DNA of 64,000 bases from Candidatus Kerfeldbacteria bacterium (GCA_016193315.1 JACPSJ010000001.1:791478-855477); one strand, 5' to 3'; shown: positions 19,793 through 28,877, numbered from the stretch's first letter. Made by a program: numbers and translations. Notes: generated by a model not told the origin, from the letters alone.

Positions 19793-21191
19793 GGTTTCGA
19801 GTCATCAGATGAAACGCAAACCAAACCGCTAGCGCCGCAGTCAAGGCGACCAGCCAACCGGACAACTGAACAGCGGCGTTCGGCAGTGTTGCACCCCAGT
19901 GAATGATGGATAAAATTCCGCGGACCACCGTATCCGTGGCCGGCCCCAGTAGACCAACAAACAGCGCGCCGAACCCCAACCCCATACCGAGTGGGATGAG
20001 CGGCAACACGCTGGTGTTGACCAGCGGCGCCACGAGTGACAGGCGGCCGAAGTGCCACAGCAGCAACGGCTCGGTCATCAGCATCGCCGCCAGTGTCGTG
20101 GCCAGGTTGTCGCGCAGACCAAAAGCTTCGGGCACCCACGGCAACCGTTCAGCTAAGGGTTTAGCCACGCCCACCAGCCCGATGGTCGCCAAGAATGAGA
20201 GTTGAAAGCCGAGATCATGAAGCAGGATGAGCGGATTGTTCCAGGTCATCACCAGCAGTGTGTAGCCGAGCAGCCTAGCCATGGCGATCGGCCGGCCGAG
20301 CCGGCTGGCCAACACTACCATCATGACCATCAGGCCAGCGCGGGTGACCGAAGCCGAAGCGCCGGTCATGATAACAAATCCGATGACCAAAAACACGGTT
20401 GGCAACCAGGCCCAGCGGCGGCCGATTATTCGAATCAGTACGGTTGAAGCGGCGGTCACGATGATGGTCACGTTGAAACCGGATAGCGCCACCAGGTGAG
20501 TCGTGCCGGTCAGTCGAAACTCTTGCCGCAGTGCGTAGGGCATGTCGGCTTGGGCGCCGAGAAGCAAACCGACCAGAAACGAAGCGGCGGGTTCGTTGAA
20601 ACTAGTCTCGATTCGCCGTCGGGCCCACTCCCTGACGTACGCCAAGACCAGCCGTGGACTGAGCCGAGCTCGTTCTTGATGTACGATCCTGGCTCCCAGA
20701 CACTCAGTCGTCAAACCGTGAACCATCTGGGACCACCGTCGATCGGATCTGATCGGAACTGGTTGACAACGCATCGTCACCCGATCGCCAACGGAAACCA
20801 TGGTCCCGGGCAGCAGGTCAACCGCTGTTTTGCCTGACCGACGCTCTCCGTCCATCCGTAGATCGCTCAGTTCAACCGTCATCTCGCGAGATTCGGTGGA
20901 CGGGCGTTCGAGTATGAGACCAGAAATAGCTACCGGCTGGTTGATTCTGGAGACCAGATTGTGTGGGCTTGGTGCTACCCAGCCAGCCCAGCGTCCCAAA
21001 CCAAAACTCATCCCAATTACCACGCAACTGACCAGACGCAGCCGAGACCACGGCCAGAATCCAAAACCGGTAACCAGCAGCCCGCCAGCCGGCCACCAAG
21101 TCAGGCCGGTTAACTCAGCCAGCATCAACCCGCCCAAGAAACCCGCCAGTGTCGATAACAAATAGGACCGAGGCATAGACGCTTCGGCCAC
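19767..21191 (-). CDS. comEC: ComEC competence channel (membrane part)
   Basis: GLLLG, TGTTHLVALSGFN, GASASVTRAGLM, DLGFQLSFLAT. Confidence 0.92.
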   Translation of the reverse strand: MAEASMPRSYLLSTLAGFLGGLMLAELTGLTWWPAGGLLVTGFGFWPWSRLRLVSCVVIGMSFGLGRWAGWVAPSPHNLVSRINQPVAISGLILERPSTESREMTVELSDLRMDGERRSGKTAVDLLPGTMVSVGDRVTMRCQPVPIRSDRRWSQMVHGLTTECLGARIVHQERARLSPRLVLAYVREWARRRIETSFNEPAASFLVGLLLGAQADMPYALRQEFRLTGTTHLVALSGFNVTIIVTAASTVLIRIIGRRWAWLPTVFLVIGFVIMTGASASVTRAGLMVMMVVLASRLGRPIAMARLLGYTLLVMTWNNPLILLHDLGFQLSFLATIGLVGVAKPLAERLPWVPEAFGLRDNLATTLAAMLMTEPLLLWHFGRLSLVAPLVNTSVLPLIPLGMGLGFGALFVGLLGPATDTVVRGILSIIHWGATLPNAAVQLSGWLVALTAALAVWFAFHLMTRNHATESPLA

Positions 21192-21207
21192 CAGACTTGT
21201 CGAGCTA

Positions 21208-21236
21208 AACCTAGACGATCACTGGACGAATGTCAA
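21208..21236 (-). promoter_or_regulatory. sigma70 promoter of comEC
   Basis: TTGACA-N17-TAGGTT. Confidence 0.55.
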
Positions 21237-21275
21237 GCCTAACCACGATCCAAACGCCGGCACCGTGAGCACGGT

Positions 21276-23150
21276 TCATTCCACGGTCACCGACTTGGCC
21301 AGCCCGCGCGGCTGGTCAACGTCGCAACCGCGGAGCACGGCCACGTGGTACGCCAAGAGCTGACAGTAGACGCCGGCCAGAATGGGCGTGAACATGGCCC
21401 GGGTGTGCGGCATCCAGAGCACGTGATCGATCTTGCCCTCCGCTTGCAACGCCTGGGGATGCTCATCGCCCCGACTGGCAATCAGCGTCACGCGCCCGCG
21501 GCGGGCCGCCACTTCCTCCAGGTTGGCCATCACCTTCGGGTAGGTGACCTCGCTCTCCCCCTCCTGCGGGGCAATGACTACCACCGGCATGCGCTCGTCA
21601 ATCAAGGCAATCGGACCGTGTTTCATCTCCCCGGCCGGATAGCCCTCGGCGTGAATGTAACTGATCTCCTTGAGTTTCAGTGCTCCTTCTAAAGCGGTGG
21701 GGAAATTATAACCCCGACCGAGAAACAGGCAGTTGGTAGCCGACTTGAATTCCGGTGCCAATTGTCGAACGGCATCGTCAGCCGCCAAGATCTGGGCCAC
21801 CTGATCCGGCAACGCCTTCAGGGCCGTCTCAATGTCAGCGCGGCCTTGGTCCGTCAGGTTTGAGGGGCGCAGCTCGGCCAGACAGAGCGCAAACAGAGAC
21901 AGAGCGGCCACCTGGGCCGTAAAGGCTTTGGTTGATGCCACCCCGATTTCCGGTCCGACATGGAGATACATCCCGGCGTCGGCCACTCGCGTCAGCGACG
22001 CGCCAACGACATTGCCGATATTCCACACCACGGCACCCTGAGTCTTGGCCCGGCGGGCCGCGGCGATCGTATCTTTCGTCTCGCCGGATTGGGATATCGC
22101 GATGCACAGCGTCCGCCCGTCGATGTAGCTGAAACCGGTGGCCAGCTCGGAAGCGTACTCAACGCTGACTGGTAAACCGAGGATTTTTTCCAGCATCCGC
22201 TTACCGATCAGCCCGGCGTGCCAGGACGTGCCGCAGGCGGTAATGACTACCCGCTCCAGTTTCTCGACCAGGAACGGTCGGATCCGTTCGAGTCCTCCCA
22301 GCACGACCCGAGCGTTACCGTCGGCCGACAGCCGGCCGGCCAGGGTGCGTCGCAGCGCCTCTGGCTGTTCCATGATTTCTTTGAGCATGAAGTGGGGATA
22401 ACCGCCTTTCATGATCTGTTCGACCGTCCACTCCAGGCGCTCGACTTCCTTCGTAATAGACTGGTTCTCTAAAGTCAGCGGGGTGAACTCCCGTTCGTGC
22501 ATGACCGCCATCTCCCCGTCCTCGAGGTAGACCACCCGATCGGTTTGCGACCGGAAGGCGGTGGCATCTGAGGCCACGAACATCCCGTGGTCAGCCACAC
22601 CTAAGACCAGCGGGCTGCCGTGACGAGCCGCGACTAATCGGCCCGGTTCGCGATTAGTCATGACGACGATGCCGTAGGCGCCGGACACCACGGCGTGCAT
22701 TTTCTGAACGGCCTGTACCAGGCCGTCTCCCTGGTCGAGGAACCGTTCGATCAGGTGGACGAGCACCTCACTGTCGGTGTCAGAACGGAACGTGTGACCC
22801 TCGGCTTCGAGGGTAGTTCGTAGTTCGCGGAAATTGTCAATCGTACCGTTGTGGACCAGTACCACGTCGTGACGACAGGAGGCGTGGGGATGAGCATTGA
22901 CGTCGGACGGCACGCCGTGCGTGGCCCAGCGGGTGTGAGCGAGACCGACGGTGCTCGTGGTCGACTGCCCGCTCAACGCGGACACCAACTCCGCGACTTT
23001 GCCTTGGCGTTTACGGACGACAATCTGTCCGGGCGGCTCAAGCCAGGCCACGCCGGCTGAATCATAACCCCGATACTCGACCCGCTCCAACCCCTGGACT
23101 AGCAGCGGCAGCACCGGACGCTGACCAATGTACCCGACTATACCACACAT
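21276..23150 (-). CDS. glmS: glutamine--fructose-6-phosphate aminotransferase
   Basis: MCGIVG start, EYRGYDSAG, HTRWATHG, SQSGET, EGALKLKE, ends PRGLAKSVTVE. Confidence 0.97.
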   Translation of the reverse strand: MCGIVGYIGQRPVLPLLVQGLERVEYRGYDSAGVAWLEPPGQIVVRKRQGKVAELVSALSGQSTTSTVGLAHTRWATHGVPSDVNAHPHASCRHDVVLVHNGTIDNFRELRTTLEAEGHTFRSDTDSEVLVHLIERFLDQGDGLVQAVQKMHAVVSGAYGIVVMTNREPGRLVAARHGSPLVLGVADHGMFVASDATAFRSQTDRVVYLEDGEMAVMHEREFTPLTLENQSITKEVERLEWTVEQIMKGGYPHFMLKEIMEQPEALRRTLAGRLSADGNARVVLGGLERIRPFLVEKLERVVITACGTSWHAGLIGKRMLEKILGLPVSVEYASELATGFSYIDGRTLCIAISQSGETKDTIAAARRAKTQGAVVWNIGNVVGASLTRVADAGMYLHVGPEIGVASTKAFTAQVAALSLFALCLAELRPSNLTDQGRADIETALKALPDQVAQILAADDAVRQLAPEFKSATNCLFLGRGYNFPTALEGALKLKEISYIHAEGYPAGEMKHGPIALIDERMPVVVIAPQEGESEVTYPKVMANLEEVAARRGRVTLIASRGDEHPQALQAEGKIDHVLWMPHTRAMFTPILAGVYCQLLAYHVAVLRGCDVDQPRGLAKSVTVE

Positions 23151-23193
23151 ACGATTTTCATCGAGCCTACCAAAGCCAGCGTCGTAGGTCAAC

Positions 23194-23330
23194 TAGAACC
23201 TATCCTAAAAATCCATTCCGGCGCTGCGGCTCGGAATTTCGGGCTGCGGGGCTTCGCCTCGGACGCAAAATATCTCGATATTCCTCGTCCTCCGGCTCGC
23301 CCCTCGCCCGCGAAATTCCGTTCCTCGGCT
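23194..23330. repeat. palindromic element copy A (MITE/RPE-like)
   Basis: First 93 bp match the reverse complement of 63421-63513 at 87/93. Nested stems CGGAATTTCG/CGAAATTCCG, GGGGC/GCCCC, GGACG/CGTCC, AATATC/GATATT. Confidence 0.9.
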
Positions 23331-24378
23331 CGACAGCAGTTGGCCGTCCAGCACTGCGTCGACCTGAGCAGTCTCATGCTTGGTGCGGTGATCCTTGACT
23401 AAACGGTAGGGCTGGAGGACGTAGGAACGGATTTGATTACCCCAGGCCGCCTCGTGAAACTCGCCACGGAGCTGCTGTTTCTCGGCACTCTGTTTCTCCA
23501 GCTCAAGCCGATGCAGCTTGGCTTTCAGAATCTTTAACGCCGTTTCCTTGTTCTGCTGCTGCGAGCGCTCGTTCTGGACGGAGACCATGGTCTTGGTTGG
23601 CAGGTGGACGATCCGCACGGCCGAGTACGTAGTCTGCACGCTCTGACCACCGTGCCCCGAAGATAGAAAGGTGTCAATCCGCAGGTCTTTTGGATCAATC
23701 TTGATCTCTTCGACCGCTTCGAGTTCGGGTAACACTTCTACTAGCGCAAACGACGTGTGGCGCATCGCTTCGGCGTCGAACGGAGATATTCGGACCAAGC
23801 GGTGGACGCCGGCCTCGGACTTCAGATACCCGAAGGCATACCGACCCGCGACCTCGAAGGTAGTGCTCTTGATCCCGGCTTCTTGACCACGAGACTCATC
23901 AACCACTCGGGCCGGCCAGCCGCGGCGCTCGCAAAACCGGAGGTACATGCGGCGGAGCATCTCCACCCAATCTTGGGCGTCAGTGCCGCCGGCGCCGGCG
24001 TGGATGGCAACAATGGCGCTCCGCTCGTCATACCGATCAGCCAAGAGAAGTTGAAACTCGAGCTGTTGGAACCGCTCTTCCAGCTCAGCTACGTGCTGTT
24101 CGACCTCGGCCCGCTGGTCATTCTCAGCCACGCCGGCCAATTCAATCCACGCTCCAACATCCTTTTCGATCCGCTCCCAAGCATCAACTTCTTCCTTCAG
24201 TTCGCTCAGCCGCCGACTGTCAGCTTTGGCCCGAGGGCGGTTAACCCAAAAATCCGGCTGACTCATGGCCGCCTCGAGTTCAAGGATTATCTGTCGCCTT
24301 TGATCTAGGTCAAAGCAGCCTTCGCGAGGCAGCGGTTTTCTCGCGAAGGTGTTCCAAGCGTTTTACCAAGTCAGACAT
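23205..24378 (-). CDS. prfB: peptide chain release factor 2, +1 programmed frameshift
   Basis: MSDLVKRLEHLREKTAASRRLL then CTT-TGA-C, resuming DLDQRRQ..MSQPDFW; SPF and GGQ motifs; WGNQIRSY. Confidence 0.96.
24309..24315 (-). other. prfB +1 frameshift site CTTTGAC
   Basis: Canonical RF2 autoregulatory site at codon 22-23. Confidence 0.92.
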
Positions 24379-24393
24379 TAGACCCAGTCTAGC

Positions 24394-25164
24394 CTAACCC
24401 ACTGCCTTCGGCAAGGGACCGATAGCTCCCAAGCAGGACTGGAGTTTATCGGTAGCAGTCCATCCGCATTCCCCATTCTGCTGCCGTTCACATCGCGCCG
24501 TCCGATAGCAAGCGTACTCCTCGCGGTACTCGCACGTCGTCACCACTTCTTGATCGCTGCAGACCTGGCCGCTACAACCGGTGACCACACAACCTTCGCG
24601 GGTCCGACGATTCACGTTCGTGCCTGAGCGAGTCGCCCGGGAAAAGCGGAATGAGCCTAGCAGGCGCTCAAGCTGCTGGAGATGCCGACCACCAGCCATA
24701 ATAACCAGTGTCTGACCACGTAGATCAATCAGTACCTCCTGCAACCGGTCTTCAATGCCTTGAACGACATTCGACTTTTTCGCCGTCCGGCCGCCAACCA
24801 CCAAATCAGTGAAGGTCCGTGACGGCAAGAAACGCTTCTCGTCGGCCTCGACCTGGGTAAGTGATTCGGGTCTGACGGCCACGGTCAGTTCATCCTGACC
24901 AGCGACAATCGGTTCGCCGCGCTGATGTGGCGGAGACAGCACCAGCAACCGATCATCATTCTTATCCGTCGGCACGAATGGCTGCCACTCACCATGGTAC
25001 TGAAAACTGAACCCATAATCTTTGTTCCGATAATCAACAAACCGTAGCGACGAACTGCCCGGGCCAGGCTGGATCGCAAAATTCATGACCGCCAAGAACG
25101 CCGTCACCCCCAACAAGCCAATCAATACGGGGGTTAAGGGAGTGGTGGTACCTAGCGACGACAT
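24394..25164 (-). CDS. membrane-anchored PsbP-like protein with C-terminal cysteine-cluster domain
   Basis: TM, Y.NKDYGFSFQY..W..SFRF PsbP-like pattern, GCVVTGCSGQVC..TTCEY..ACY..RCE..ECGW. Confidence 0.75.
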   Translation of the reverse strand: MSSLGTTTPLTPVLIGLLGVTAFLAVMNFAIQPGPGSSSLRFVDYRNKDYGFSFQYHGEWQPFVPTDKNDDRLLVLSPPHQRGEPIVAGQDELTVAVRPESLTQVEADEKRFLPSRTFTDLVVGGRTAKKSNVVQGIEDRLQEVLIDLRGQTLVIMAGGRHLQQLERLLGSFRFSRATRSGTNVNRRTREGCVVTGCSGQVCSDQEVVTTCEYREEYACYRTARCERQQNGECGWTATDKLQSCLGAIGPLPKAVG

Positions 25165-25785
25165 TTAAGGTCGGAGGTGAAAGGTGTCGAGCATTCCGTT
25201 TTCCTCCATTCGGCCGACAGTCACGACATACAGCCGGCCATTAGTCTTGATACCAATGTAGTCCGTTCCGAGGCCGGAGAAACGGACCCGTTTACCCGCC
25301 ACCCCGTCCAAAGTGAAGTCCGTCACCCGATAACCGGCTTCACCTTCATAGACGGTGGCCCATTGAGTAATGGTTTGGACCGTGCCGATTGATTTAATCG
25401 CCTCGCGGGTTTCGGTTGCGACCCCATCCCAAAAAACGATTTCTTCGGCCGCGGACCGCGACTGGTCGACCGACCAGCCCGGTGGTAACTTCAGGTCAAA
25501 CCCCAAATCGGAATTGCCGTAGTCCGTCCAGCCGGCGGTGGGGTTAATCACCGTATTCGTAACATTCGCATTTTCATTCCTCTCAATGGTGTTCACCACG
25601 ATCATCTCATTCACGTTCTCATAGCCTGGGACTGGGACGTAGGAAGACGTAATGCCCGCGTTGCGGTTCGTAGGACTACTATTCTTTGCCGTCGGGATGG
25701 AAAGATTCAAGACTACTAAAAACGCGGCCACCGCCAGGAGGCTGACAATGATCGGCGTCAGGACGACCGAGGCGCGACGGTCCAC
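25165..25785 (-). CDS. membrane-anchored PsbP-like protein
   Basis: TM, Asn-rich linker, WTDY.NSDLGFDLKLP.GW..MLDTFHL. Confidence 0.75.
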   Translation of the reverse strand: MDRRASVVLTPIIVSLLAVAAFLVVLNLSIPTAKNSSPTNRNAGITSSYVPVPGYENVNEMIVVNTIERNENANVTNTVINPTAGWTDYGNSDLGFDLKLPPGWSVDQSRSAAEEIVFWDGVATETREAIKSIGTVQTITQWATVYEGEAGYRVTDFTLDGVAGKRVRFSGLGTDYIGIKTNGRLYVVTVGRMEENGMLDTFHLRP

Positions 25786-25789
25786 AATC

Positions 25790-25900
25790 CTAGAACGCTA
25801 GGCTCATGACAATAATAAAAGCGCCGATGGCGATAAAGATGACCAGCGCCGGGACGAGCGAAAAGCTACTTTTTTTGCTCCCTTTTTGTGTTAGATCCAT
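25790..25900 (-). CDS. 36-aa single-helix membrane peptide (below ORF-track cutoff)
   Basis: MDLTQKGSKKSSFSLVPALVIFIAIGAFIIVMSLAF*. TGGTATACT promoter at 25933-25941; helix matches those of the two downstream genes. Confidence 0.8.
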   Translation of the reverse strand: MDLTQKGSKKSSFSLVPALVIFIAIGAFIIVMSLAF

Positions 25901-25955
25901 CGTTCGATGGTAGTTACTAATCAATAATTCTTAGTATACCACTTCTGTGACGACG

Positions 25956-26021
25956 TTACGATTTGTAGATAACCACCGGCGTCCCCCCCTCGGCCCAGTC
26001 AAATAACCAGGCCGCCGTGTC
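25956..26021 (-). pseudogene. orphan 3' end of a second L,D-transpeptidase allele
   Basis: Encodes DTAAWLFDWAEGGTPVVIYKS* versus DTAAWLFDWADVGTPVVIYKS* at 26137-26202; 29-bp identical core. Confidence 0.85.
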
Positions 26022-26055
26022 AGTGGGTCCGAGCCGCACCCGGCTGCGCCGGGTA

Positions 26056-26120
26056 GCAGGCAAACTGCTTTGCCTGCGGCGGCGAGGACGAGGGCGGCGA
26101 TCCCCCGACTTGATCGGGGG
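26056..26120. repeat. two short REP-like hairpins
   Basis: GCAGGCAAA-CTGC-TTTGCCTGC and CCCCCGA-CTTGA-TCGGGGG. Confidence 0.7.
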
Positions 26121-26136
26121 CGCCGCGCCCAGGAAA

Positions 26137-27549
26137 CTAGCTTTTGTAAATCACCACCGGAGTACCAACATCCGCCCAGTCAAATAACCAGGCCGCCGTG
26201 TCGAGTGGCTGCCCCACGCAGCCGTGGCTGCGCGGCCGAATGCCAAAATCATTGTGCCAGTACACGCCGTGCAGTGAGTAGTCGCCCTTGAACCATAAGA
26301 TATTCGGCACGTTCGGAACGTAATAATCCGGGCCGGACATCTTCTGTTTCTTAGTCTTGGCATAGACACGAAAACTGCCAGTCGGCGTCCAGTCATTAAT
26401 GCCAGTTGAAACCTTGGAAGAATAAACTAGCGTCCCATCCTGGTAGACAAATTCCATTTGCTTGCTAATGTCGACGGCGATGACTTTGCCGGTCGGCAGC
26501 GGTGCGGGCGGCGTAGTCGCATGCAGGGTCGGGGCTGGGACCTCATCCATTGGCAGTTCCGGGGCAGCCAGGGCCGGGTTGAGAACGGCCGTGCTAACCA
26601 AGGCCACAGATTGTGGCACATTCAACCGCCGTCCTGAGCTGCCAGGGGTGATGGTTTCGGTATTATTGGCGCTGACCAGCACCTGTTGCGGTTGCGGTTC
26701 AACATTCACCTTGGTGGCCAAAGAAAATATATAGCTGCCGATGGCCGCCTCATTAACGGCGATGGCTACCTGGCCTGGCTGTTCGACGGCGGTGTCGTAT
26801 TGAAACCATCCGGCTAACGTTCCGGTATCAATGGGGAAATCTTGCCCGTTTACCCGGAGCGTCAGTGGTTGGCCCAATCGCGCTTCCGCCTGGGCGATGG
26901 CCGGAACGAAATCTCCCGCCTCGACATCTGGCCACTCGATTTTTGGCTCGAGCGCCAGCGTCGCCGCTTGCCCCAGCCTAGCCGCCGCGTGCAGTTGTTC
27001 TTGAAACGCTTCATCATCGATCACCAGGCCGGCTCGCGCCAGGCTGACCACCAAGTGACCGTCCCGGAACGTGACTGCTGGTTCGACCGGCGGGGAACCG
27101 ACGGCAGCAATGATCTGAGACAAGTAACGAACCAGCCCATCGTTAGTCCAGGTGTAGCTGATGGGAATCGCTTGTCGTCGCACCTCAACCGCGAACCACC
27201 GTGGCAGCGGGCTGAAACGCCCAATGCCGTAGGCCTGATGAAGCGGCGGCACCAGATCGAAAACGAGACCGAGGTCGCGGTAGGATGGTTTCCAGGTACG
27301 ATCTTGGTAGACCAGCGTCACCTGGCGGCTGGCCAGTTCTTGTTCCAGCCGGTGTTTGGCCTCGGCTAAGGTCAACCCACCGACGGGTACGTTACCGATC
27401 CGGACACCAGGCAGAATGCGCGGTCCAAAGGCGTGACCAATCCCAACTAACCCGGTGGCCACCACCAGGCCGACTGCCAACCACCACCATCGCGCGTGAT
27501 CAGCGCTTGGCGATCGTGGCTGCAGCTGGGTTTTTCTTGGCCGCGGCAT
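26137..27549 (-). CDS. L,D-transpeptidase (YkuD family) with peptidoglycan-binding repeats
   Basis: TM, ILPGVRIG.VPVGGLT, VDISKQ..VSTG..TPTG.F..LHGVYWH..SHGCV catalytic motif. Confidence 0.92.
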   Translation of the reverse strand: MPRPRKTQLQPRSPSADHARWWWLAVGLVVATGLVGIGHAFGPRILPGVRIGNVPVGGLTLAEAKHRLEQELASRQVTLVYQDRTWKPSYRDLGLVFDLVPPLHQAYGIGRFSPLPRWFAVEVRRQAIPISYTWTNDGLVRYLSQIIAAVGSPPVEPAVTFRDGHLVVSLARAGLVIDDEAFQEQLHAAARLGQAATLALEPKIEWPDVEAGDFVPAIAQAEARLGQPLTLRVNGQDFPIDTGTLAGWFQYDTAVEQPGQVAIAVNEAAIGSYIFSLATKVNVEPQPQQVLVSANNTETITPGSSGRRLNVPQSVALVSTAVLNPALAAPELPMDEVPAPTLHATTPPAPLPTGKVIAVDISKQMEFVYQDGTLVYSSKVSTGINDWTPTGSFRVYAKTKKQKMSGPDYYVPNVPNILWFKGDYSLHGVYWHNDFGIRPRSHGCVGQPLDTAAWLFDWADVGTPVVIYKS

Positions 27550-27643
27550 ACCGAACTACTGGTCAAGTCGCCACCATGGTAACACACTGCCCCTCGGCTT
27601 CCAACCGCACGTGCGGCAGCCAGGAGAAGTTCGGAGTGACGAT

Positions 27644-28840
27644 CTATTCAGACCGTCGCTCGAGCGTGACCGGCAATTCTTTGGTTTGTCCGTCGTGGTG
27701 GACCTTGAGCGTAATGGACTGGCCAGGATTGTACTTGGCGAGTAGGCCAGCCAGGGAATGTTCGGTGGTAATCTTTTCGCCATTCACCTCCAGGATGATG
27801 TCGTTCTCCTTGAGACCGGCTTTGTCGGCTGGGCTACCAGCGATCACTGCTGGTTCGCCTTGCTCGCCCGGCTGGATGTAAGCGCCCTCCTTGACTGGTA
27901 ACTCGTTCTGTGCGGCCAAGGTTTCGGTAATGAGTACATACCGCACCCCCAGGAAGGGTCGAACGATCGTCCCAAATTCGCGAACTGATTCAAGATCGCG
28001 CTTGACCACACTGATTGGCACGGCGAACCCAATCAGCTGTCCTTCTTGGCTCACGGCCGTGTTGACGGCAATGACCTGCCCGGCCAAGTTGAGTAATGGG
28101 CCGCCCGAATTACCGGGGTTAATGGCGGCGTCAGTCTGGAAAACATCTTCCAGCGTCTCCGCCTGCCCACTGCCGTCGCTGGCGGTGATGGTACGCGATT
28201 TTCCGGAAATAATGCCTTTGGTCACCGAACTACGAAAACGAAGCGGGTCGCCGATGGCGATGACGGTCTGGCCGATCTTGACTGCGTCCGAATCGCCGAG
28301 GGGCAGGGCCTGAAGATTATCCGCCTCGATCTTCAGCACGGCGACGTCATTTGCAGGATCTTTGGCCAACACTTTGGCGCTGACCGTACGGTTATCGTTG
28401 AGCGTGACGGAATACTGGGCTTGGTCGTTGTCGACCACGTGTTTATTGGTGACGATCAAGCCACTCTGGTCGACAATGAAGCCGCTGGCTTGCGTCACTT
28501 CCTCGCGGTCCTGGGGTTGGGAGAAAGGAAAGTTGAAGAAGAAATCGTCGAAGGGCGAGGCTGGCCGGCTGTTGCTGGCCAACGTCGATCGGCCAATGAC
28601 GCTGACCACCGCCGGCAAGGCTTTATTGACCACCTCCACGGTGGCCGAGTCCTCTTCGACTCGTAGCGTGGAACCCGAACTGATCAGGCTCGAAGTATTC
28701 GTCCCGGGGGACCGCTTGGCCGCCAGGCTGTACCCAACCAGACCGCCCGACACCCCGCCCATGATCAGGCTGACGAGAACGACCGGGACGAGGACCGACG
28801 GCGGCCGCGGTGTGGATAACGACGGCGGCGGAGAACTCAT
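27644..28840 (-). CDS. htrA: HtrA/DegP-family serine protease with PDZ domain
   Basis: SGFIV..TNKHVV, DVAVLK, QTDAAINPGNSGGPL, PDZ (GSPADKAGL). Confidence 0.93.
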   Translation of the reverse strand: MSSPPPSLSTPRPPSVLVPVVLVSLIMGGVSGGLVGYSLAAKRSPGTNTSSLISSGSTLRVEEDSATVEVVNKALPAVVSVIGRSTLASNSRPASPFDDFFFNFPFSQPQDREEVTQASGFIVDQSGLIVTNKHVVDNDQAQYSVTLNDNRTVSAKVLAKDPANDVAVLKIEADNLQALPLGDSDAVKIGQTVIAIGDPLRFRSSVTKGIISGKSRTITASDGSGQAETLEDVFQTDAAINPGNSGGPLLNLAGQVIAVNTAVSQEGQLIGFAVPISVVKRDLESVREFGTIVRPFLGVRYVLITETLAAQNELPVKEGAYIQPGEQGEPAVIAGSPADKAGLKENDIILEVNGEKITTEHSLAGLLAKYNPGQSITLKVHHDGQTKELPVTLERRSE

Positions 28841-28841
28841 G

Positions 28842-28877
28842 CTACTACATAATGTAGTAGACTGGTTTCGGTGTCAA
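28842..28877 (-). promoter_or_regulatory. htrA promoter with overlapping perfect inverted repeat
   Basis: TTGACA at 28877-28872; CTACTACAT-A-ATGTAGTAG at 28842-28860 covers the -10/+1 region. Confidence 0.55.

Noticed and set aside
23151-23330. glmS ribozyme upstream of glmS
   Set aside because: The structured sequence is the dispersed repeat also found at 63421-63513, and it lacks recognisable ribozyme core motifs.
23205-24378. Alternative genetic code (TGA recoded)
   Set aside because: RF2 is present and conserved genes (glmS, pilC, HIT) end at TGA at their expected C-termini.
25956-26202. Diversity-generating retroelement TR/VR pair
   Set aside because: Mismatches are not adenine-specific and are mostly synonymous; no reverse transcriptase occurs in the window.
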